A stretch of DNA of 64,000 nucleotides from Candidatus Eiseniibacteriota bacterium (lineage in GTDB: Bacteria; Eisenbacteria; RBG-16-71-46; CAIMUX01; VGJL01), in assembly GCA_963792585.1 (NCBI GenBank), contig CAWBWI010000006.1, forward strand, positions 672,001-736,000. The letters are read 5' to 3'. Shown piece after piece: positions 58,057 through 64,000 of this stretch (its first letter is position 1; every line of letters begins with the position of its first letter). Position numbers and translations under genes: made by a program. The notes under the pieces were generated by a model that did not search any database, was not told the origin of the DNA, and was given only the letters and a program-made list of their open reading frames with translations.

Positions 58057-58911
58057 TTACCGGTACAGGCTCTTGATCTGGCCCCAGCTCGCATCCTTCA
58101 CCGGGGTGACATCGCAGGGATTCGGATCACAGTCCACATCGTATCCCTGCCATTGGCCGCCCAGATATTCGCACTCGGCCAGCCATTCAACCATTTCGCA
58201 CTCGCCCTGATCGCCGATGCAGCATGCACCCTCGCGTCCGCCTATAGCAGGCTCGAACTCTTGGCTGGCGTCAAACGCAACTCCAAACACGTCGATCCCT
58301 GGAGTCCAGTCGGGATGCGAGAAGTAGGAACTCTTGAACACCGAGTCGCATCCGACGACGCCGCCGGAGGCAACGCGACCGCACTGGGGCGGGAACGCAT
58401 GATCGGCAGCCTGTGCGCCGAACCAGTACAGCGTGTTCGCGCTGACCTCGAGTGTGTACACCCAGCTCTCGTACTCGAAGATTGGGTAGAACCCGCCCTG
58501 ACAGTAAATGAAGACCTCGTGCGCGGGAGCGTTCACCATCTCGGAGAGCACGTTCAGCGGCATGCAGCCGCCGTCGTTGTAGAATCGAAGGTTCCAGTGC
58601 GTCGCGGCGCCGATGTCGCCACAGCCGTTGTTGTTGTAGTAACCACCCCACCAGCGCGCGTAGCCGATAGTGTTGTCTTGGGTGAGATAGAAATCGTTGG
58701 CAATCTCCGTCTCGAGGCCAAACTGCCCGATGACTTCCGACGAAGCGATCAGGCCCTCGAGGTCGGGCGGCTCGCTCCAGATAAGATCACGGTCGGAGTT
58801 GAGGACGTTTGTGCCACCGCCTCCGCCCCCACTCACGGTGGGGTTGACGGCGAGTGCACCGCCCGTGGCGACGGCACTCAGCGCAAGGACAAGGGCGACA
58901 TTCCTCATCAT
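58057..58911 (-). CDS. Secreted Cys-rich paralog 2 (ends ASWGQIKSLYR)
   Basis: Same architecture as paralog 1. Confidence 0.9.
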   Translation of the reverse strand: MMRNVALVLALSAVATGGALAVNPTVSGGGGGGTNVLNSDRDLIWSEPPDLEGLIASSEVIGQFGLETEIANDFYLTQDNTIGYARWWGGYYNNNGCGDIGAATHWNLRFYNDGGCMPLNVLSEMVNAPAHEVFIYCQGGFYPIFEYESWVYTLEVSANTLYWFGAQAADHAFPPQCGRVASGGVVGCDSVFKSSYFSHPDWTPGIDVFGVAFDASQEFEPAIGGREGACCIGDQGECEMVEWLAECEYLGGQWQGYDVDCDPNPCDVTPVKDASWGQIKSLYR

Positions 58912-59056
58912 GAGGGCTCCCTCCTTTCACGTGTCGCAGAACCCGCGTACAAACCGGGCCGGGACCGGGCTGTCGCTCGCAGCGCGGCCGGCCTCGCCAC
59001 ACTCACTGGACGGGCAGATCCTCCCGGCAACGTCCCGGCCGGATTTGCCACAAGCA

Positions 59057-59085
59057 AGTATCCACGCTCTCGCAGTCGAGGTCCA
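59057..59085 (-). promoter_or_regulatory. Putative promoter TGGACC-N17-GATACT of paralog 2
   Basis: Spacer sequence diverged but its length and both boxes are retained. Confidence 0.55.
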
Positions 59086-59203
59086 ATGGGATTCGCGACC
59101 GGTGATGTATCAGTACTTGCTCACGCCCCTACGAGACATGCCGGCTTCCATCCCCGGCCCCCCCGGTGCGGTATTCGCTGAGAACGATGACCCGAACTCA
59201 ACA

Positions 59204-59292
59204 GAAGCGCTCCCACCGCCACGGCGGGAGCGCCTCATCGCCACCAATCTCATTTGCGCCACCTGAAGTCGCCGCGCCACGGCGAGCTTCCC
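59204..59292 (-). terminator. Conserved 3' structured element, copy 3
   Basis: Same hairpins; a stem substitution gives a G-U wobble on the minus-strand RNA. Confidence 0.6.
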
Positions 59293-59331
59293 AAGTACCC
59301 AGCGTCACACTGCTCGTCGATCAGGACATGG

Positions 59332-60192
59332 TTACCGGTACAGATTCTTGATCTGGCCCCAGCTCGAATCCTTCACCGGCGTGTTTTCACAGGGATTCGG
59401 ATCGCAAGGCACAAAGTATCCCTGCCACACACCGCCTAGATTCTCGCAAGCGCCCGGACTCTCAACCGTTTGGCACTCACCCTGATCGCCGATGCAGCAC
59501 GCGCCCCAGTCGTCGGGAGGGGGTATACCACCCTGTTCGAATTCTTGGCTGGCGTCAAACGCCACCCCAAACACATCGATCCCTGGAGTCCAGTCGGGAT
59601 ACGAGAAGTAAGCGCTCTTGAACACCGTATCGCATCCTGTGACGAAGCCGGCCGCCACGCGACCGCACTGCGGTGGAAACGCATGGTCGGCAGCCTGCGC
59701 GCCGAACCAGTACAGAGTGTTTCCTGTGACGTAGAGGTAGACGTTAGCTTCGTACCGGAAGATTGGGTACAACCCGCCCTGGCAGTACACGGAGGTCTCG
59801 TTTGCGAAGGCCCCCACTGTCTCGGAGACAGTGTTCAATGGCACGCAACCGCCGTCGTCGTAGAACCGGAGGTTCCAGTGCGTGGCGACGCCAATGTCGC
59901 CGCAGCCGTTGTTGTTCCAGTAACCGCCCCACCAGCGGGCAAGGCCGATGGTGTTGTCATCGGGAAGGTAGAAGTCGTTGGCAATCTCCGTCTCGAGAGC
60001 AAACTGCCCGATGACCTCAGACGAAGCGATCAGACCCTCGAGGTCCACTGGTTCGCTCCAGAGAACATCTCGACCGGAGTTGAGAACGTTCGTCCCACCA
60101 CCTCCGCCCCCAGTCACAGTGGGGTTGACCGCGAGCGCGCCGCCTGAGGCGACCGCGCTCAGCACAAGGAAAAGGGCGACCTTCCTCATCAT
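59332..60192 (-). CDS. Secreted Cys-rich paralog 3 (ends SSWGQIKNLYR)
   Basis: Same architecture; start set to MMRK behind the AAGGAGG RBS. Confidence 0.9.
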   Translation of the reverse strand: MMRKVALFLVLSAVASGGALAVNPTVTGGGGGGTNVLNSGRDVLWSEPVDLEGLIASSEVIGQFALETEIANDFYLPDDNTIGLARWWGGYWNNNGCGDIGVATHWNLRFYDDGGCVPLNTVSETVGAFANETSVYCQGGLYPIFRYEANVYLYVTGNTLYWFGAQAADHAFPPQCGRVAAGFVTGCDTVFKSAYFSYPDWTPGIDVFGVAFDASQEFEQGGIPPPDDWGACCIGDQGECQTVESPGACENLGGVWQGYFVPCDPNPCENTPVKDSSWGQIKNLYR

Positions 60193-60338
60193 GAGGACTC
60201 CCTCCTTTCGCGTGTCGCAGAACTCACGCACGAACCGGGCGGGACCGGGCTCTCGCTCGCAGCGCGGCCGGTCTCGCCACAATCAATTGACAGGCAGATC
60301 CACGCGGTGCAGGTCCCCGGTCGGATTCGCCAGGTACA

Positions 60339-60367
60339 AGTATCCGCGCTTCTGGGCGGGAAGTCCA
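60339..60367 (-). promoter_or_regulatory. Putative promoter TGGACT-N17-GATACT of paralog 3
   Basis: Conserved boxes. Confidence 0.55.
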
Positions 60368-60383
60368 ACGGGGATTCGAGAGA

Positions 60384-60471
60384 GAGGCGCTCCCGCCGCC
60401 GCGGCGGGAGCGCCTCATCGCCACCAAACTCATTTGCGCCACCCGAAGCCGCCGCGCCACGGCCAGCTTCC
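60384..60471 (-). terminator. Conserved 3' structured element, copy 4
   Basis: 14-bp hairpin GAGGCGCTCCCGCC/GGCGGGAGCGCCTC plus the conserved linker. Confidence 0.6.
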
Positions 60472-60510
60472 AAAACACCTAGCGTCAGGCCACTCGTCGA
60501 TCAGAACTGG

Positions 60511-61371
60511 CTAATGGTACAGGCTCTTGATCTGGCCCCAGCTCGAGACCTTCACCGGGGTGACATCGCAGGGATTCGGATTACAGGACACATCGTACCC
60601 CTGCCATTCGCCGCCCAGATAATCGCACTCGCCCTCGCCTTCAGCCATTCGGCACTCGCCCTGATCGCCGATGCAACACGCGCCCCTGTCGGGGGGGGGG
60701 GGTATACCACCGTCTTCGAATTCTTGGCTGGCGTCGAACGCCACCCCAAACACATCGATCCCTGGCGTCCAGTCGGGATACGAGAAGTAAGCGCTCTTGA
60801 AGACCGTGTCGCAACCAACGACGGCGCCGGAAGCAACGCGACCGCACTGCGGCGGGAACGCATGGTCGGCAGCCTGCGCGCCGAACCAGTACAGAGTGTT
60901 TCCTGTGACGTAGAGGTAGACGTTAGCTTCGTACTGGAAGATCGGGTAGAACCCGCCCTGGCAGTAGATGTTGGTCTCGTATGCGAAAGCCCCCACTGTC
61001 TCGGAGACAGTGTTCAATGGCACGCAACCGCCGTCGTCGTAGAACCGAAGGTTCCAATGGGTGGCGACCCCGACGTCGCCGCAGCCGTTGTTGTTCCAGT
61101 AACCGCCCCACCAGCGTGCGATGCCGATAACGTCGTCATAGGGGAGGTAGAAGTCATTGGCAATCTCCGTCTCGAGAGCAAACTGCCCGATGACCTCAGA
61201 CGATGCGATCAGACCCTCGAGGTCCACCGGCTCGCTCCAGAGAACAGTTCGACCGGCATTGAGAACGTTCGTGCCACCACCTCCGCCCCCACTCACGGTG
61301 GGGTTGACGGCGAGCGCGCCGCCTGTGGCGACGGCACTCAGCGCAAGGACAAGGGCGACCTTCCTCATCAT
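60511..61371 (-). CDS. Secreted Cys-rich paralog 4 (ends SSWGQIKSLYH)
   Basis: Same architecture; contains a 12-nt homopolymer at 60691-60702. Confidence 0.9.
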   Translation of the reverse strand: MMRKVALVLALSAVATGGALAVNPTVSGGGGGGTNVLNAGRTVLWSEPVDLEGLIASSEVIGQFALETEIANDFYLPYDDVIGIARWWGGYWNNNGCGDVGVATHWNLRFYDDGGCVPLNTVSETVGAFAYETNIYCQGGFYPIFQYEANVYLYVTGNTLYWFGAQAADHAFPPQCGRVASGAVVGCDTVFKSAYFSYPDWTPGIDVFGVAFDASQEFEDGGIPPPPDRGACCIGDQGECRMAEGEGECDYLGGEWQGYDVSCNPNPCDVTPVKVSSWGQIKSLYH

Positions 61372-61518
61372 GAGGACTCCCTCCTTTCGCGTGTCGCAGA
61401 ACTCACACACGTACCGGGTCGGGACCGGTCTCTCGCTCGCAGCGCGGCCGGTCTCGCCACAATCACTTGACAGGCAGATCCACGCGGTGCAGGTCCCCGG
61501 TCGGATTCGCCAGGAACA

Positions 61519-61547
61519 AGTATCCGCGCTTCTGGGCGGGAAGTCCA
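61519..61547 (-). promoter_or_regulatory. Putative promoter TGGACT-N17-GATACT of paralog 4
   Basis: Identical to the copy 3 promoter. Inter-unit homology ends about 10 bp further upstream. Confidence 0.55.
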
Positions 61548-61876
61548 ACGGGATTCACGATCGGTGAGGTATCCCGTTCGACGTCCTGCATAGAGAAGGG
61601 GTATTCTGGAGTGGCGCTAGGTGGATCACTGGAGGGATTTACGCCGTTCCGCCATTGGTGATCACCAAACATGGTGGGGTCCGGACTAGCTGAGGAAACT
61701 TGTAGACGCGGCCCTTAGCCCCGACCGGCGTTCGCACCCGCACCCCCGGCTTACGTCACCGGCCCCGCGCGGCCTTTCCGTTTGTCGTCTATGCCGATGC
61801 TATGCTATACTTTTCTGCTTGATAATGCCCCGGTCTCCGACGATCGCGACGGTGTTCCGGGGAGAAAAACACCTTT

Positions 61877-62758
61877 ATGAATGGCATCGGCGAATTCGAC
61901 GACCTCCCCGCGCATGGGCTCGACGACGTGCGATGGACGCTGCCTGATGGTGTCTTGGATGGGTCCGCCAGGACACCGTCGCCGACTGTGAGCGAGCTCG
62001 CCTCCAAGAGCGACTGCTGCTGCACGGAGCAACCCATCAACGTGCTGCCCCTCCCGGACCTTGCCGACCATCCCGCTCAGAACTCCATGGCCACCGGGCC
62101 GGAGCGTCTTGACGACCCGTCGCCATCGAAGGTCCCCTTCGGCGCTGCGAGCCGATGGAAGAGATGGTTCAAGCGCTCCTTGGACTTCACGCTCGCATTG
62201 ACCTTGCTCGTCATCTGCTCTCCGCTCGTCGCCGTCGTTGCCCTGCTCGTCAAGCTCACATCGCGGGGACCGGTCTTCTTCGTGCAGGAAAGGGTTGGAC
62301 TCAACAAACGGAAGTTTCCCCTGTTGAAGTTCCGGACCATGGTGGCGGACGCAGAGAAACGGCTTGCAGAGCTGGAGCACCTGAACGAAGCGTCCGGTCC
62401 GGTCTTCAAGATCAAGAATGATCCTCGCGTCACCAAGTTGGGCAGACTCCTTCGGCGGACCAGCATCGATGAGATTCCCCAACTCATCAATGTCCTGCAC
62501 GGCGCCATGAGCTTGGTGGGCCCTAGGCCCCTGCCTGTTCGCGACGTCAACGGCTTCAACAAGGAGTGGCAACGCCGGCGTTTCAGCGTGATCCCCGGCA
62601 TTACCTGCCTCTGGCAGATCAACGGCCGCAACAACGTGGACTTCGAAAAGTGGATGCAACTTGACCTGTATTACATTGATCATTGGTCTCTCTGGCTTGA
62701 CCTCAAGATCCTCCTCAAGACCGTCCCGGCCGTCATCAAGGGCTCCGGTGCATCATAG
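61877..62758 (+). CDS. Priming (polyprenyl-phosphate) sugar transferase, Bac_transf family
   Basis: KRSLD, KFRTM, DPRVT..GR.LR.TSIDEIPQL.NVL.G.MSLVGPRP, PGIT..WQ, DLYYI. Start 61877 or 62087. Confidence 0.92.
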   Translation: MNGIGEFDDLPAHGLDDVRWTLPDGVLDGSARTPSPTVSELASKSDCCCTEQPINVLPLPDLADHPAQNSMATGPERLDDPSPSKVPFGAASRWKRWFKRSLDFTLALTLLVICSPLVAVVALLVKLTSRGPVFFVQERVGLNKRKFPLLKFRTMVADAEKRLAELEHLNEASGPVFKIKNDPRVTKLGRLLRRTSIDEIPQLINVLHGAMSLVGPRPLPVRDVNGFNKEWQRRRFSVIPGITCLWQINGRNNVDFEKWMQLDLYYIDHWSLWLDLKILLKTVPAVIKGSGAS

Positions 62759-62854
62759 GTACGAGCGGGCCGGCTGGCGGCCTGATAACAGCACGCGATC
62801 CTCTCGCCCTCGCTGCAATCCAGACGTCGGCCCGAGGGCCGGTGGGAGTTCCTC

Positions 62855-63955
62855 TTGAAGATCGCCATGATCGGCGCCCGAGGAATGGACTCTACCTACA
62901 GCGGTTTGGAAACCACGGTCCGCGAGGTGAGTATCGGCTTGGCTCGTCGCGGTCACGAAGTCACCGTGTTTTCCGCTGCAACGAGGGAACGTCCGCAACC
63001 TCCCGAGGTTCTTGACGGGGTTCGGATCGAGAGGGTCCCGACACTCGCGGGGAAACACACCGAGACTCTCGTCAGGGCTGCCTTAGCTTCCATCGCAAGC
63101 GGATTCGACTCCTTCGACGTCATTAACTACCACGCCGAGGGCCCAGGTCTGTTCGCCGCCGTCTCCAGGCTCTGCGGGAAGCGAACGGTGGTCACGGTCC
63201 ACGGCTTGGATTGGAAACGGGCCAAGTGGACCCCATTCGCCAGTGCTTGCCTGAGAATGGCGGAGCGGGTGGCCGTGCGCTCTGCCCACCGAATCGTCGT
63301 GGTATCTCGATTGCTCCAGCGCTACTTTGTTGACCGATACGGCAGAGAGACGGCCTTCATCCCCAATGCCTGCATCTCCCGCCAAAGGGCAACGTCCTGT
63401 CAGCAGCTCGAGACCCTGGGATTGACTCCAGGCAGATACTGCCTCTTCGCCAGTAGACTGGTGCCGGAGAAGGGGTGCCACGACCTCATTCAAGCCTACA
63501 ACACACTGGAGACGGATATACGCTTGGTCGTCGCCGGCGGCGCTCGCTATGAGGATGCCTACGTCGCCTCACTCAGAAGAGCAGCTGACCCAAACCACGT
63601 CTCGTTCGTCGGGCACGTCACGGGGCCCCTCCTGCAGGAGCTGTTTTCACATGCATATTTGTTCGTTCTCCCGTCCTATATCGAAGGTCTGTCGAACGCG
63701 TTGCTCGAGGCGATGAGCTACCAGAAGTGCGCGCTGGTCAGTGACATCCCGGAAAACCTCGAGGTCTTGCAGGAGAATGGGTTTTGGTTCAAGGCGGGCG
63801 ATGTCGGGGATCTTGCCGCCAATCTGAACCGGCTACTCAATGAACCGATGGCGGTGCTGGCAATGGAGGCCAGGCTTGCGCAGGAGCAGGGGCACGAGCA
63901 GACCTGGGACGCCATTGCCGGGAAATACGAGGCGCTCTATCGCTCCATGAGCTAG
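62855..63955 (+). CDS. GT4 glycosyltransferase
   Basis: MKIAMIG.RG...YSGLET, RLVPEKG, FVLPSYIEGLSNALLEAM. Confidence 0.92.
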   Translation: MKIAMIGARGMDSTYSGLETTVREVSIGLARRGHEVTVFSAATRERPQPPEVLDGVRIERVPTLAGKHTETLVRAALASIASGFDSFDVINYHAEGPGLFAAVSRLCGKRTVVTVHGLDWKRAKWTPFASACLRMAERVAVRSAHRIVVVSRLLQRYFVDRYGRETAFIPNACISRQRATSCQQLETLGLTPGRYCLFASRLVPEKGCHDLIQAYNTLETDIRLVVAGGARYEDAYVASLRRAADPNHVSFVGHVTGPLLQELFSHAYLFVLPSYIEGLSNALLEAMSYQKCALVSDIPENLEVLQENGFWFKAGDVGDLAANLNRLLNEPMAVLAMEARLAQEQGHEQTWDAIAGKYEALYRSMS

Positions 63956-64000
63956 CGCGCCTCGGTCATGCGTCCCCTCGCGGTTGGATGAGCACGACTG

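Larger units (their letters stand above)
56783..61556 (-). repeat. Tandem array of four ~1.2-kb gene-containing units
   Basis: CDS, 5' leader, promoter-like boxes and 3' element all recur four times with visible nucleotide identity. Confidence 0.95.

Noticed and set aside
56783..60471. Intergenic repeats as a CRISPR array or DGR template/variable repeats
   Set aside because: The spacing is about 1.2 kb with whole genes between the repeats. No cas or reverse transcriptase gene is present, and the differences are not visibly adenine-specific.
61560..61800. Possible tRNA/ncRNA in the array-to-sugar-transferase intergenic region
   Set aside because: No cloverleaf or T-loop motif found; only short hairpins and a probable extended -10 (TGCTATACT, 61803-61811).

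Overview
High-GC bacterial window. The many secreted proteins carrying a C-terminal FlgD-Ig/T9SS-type-A-like domain suggest an FCB-group lineage such as Ca. Eisenbacteria (inference only). The window has four parts. (1) 1-20.2 kb: a run of about 30 short, mostly + strand accessory genes (NemR-like TetR with a matching operator, nitrilase, beta-carbonic anhydrase, SRPBCCs, methyltransferases, PadR plus a divergent aspartyl protease, LysE, TMEM175, GNAT, DinBs), with several small gene remnants between them. (2) 20-34 kb: large secreted beta-propeller proteins and a convergent pair made of an FHA-AAA+ activator lacking GAFTGA and a Ser/Thr kinase-TPR protein. (3) 34-55 kb: glycosylation genes (O-antigen ligase, NoeA-like methyltransferase, sulfatase-like protein, GT2 plus two GT-C-like membrane proteins) interleaved with more CTD-bearing secreted proteins. 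(4) 56.8-61.6 kb: a tandem array of four paralogous ~1.2 kb units, followed by a priming sugar transferase and a GT4. Each unit has its own putative promoter, conserved 5' leader and conserved structured 3' element. Each encodes a secreted Cys-rich protein ending in a 'WGxIKxLYR'-type tail. The best candidate for an undescribed system is this array with its apparent second C-terminal sorting signal, because the same passenger domain appears at 48.6 kb fused to the T9SS-like CTD instead. No rRNA, tRNA, CRISPR array, transposase or integrase was seen. All family calls come from motif recognition by eye, not database searches.
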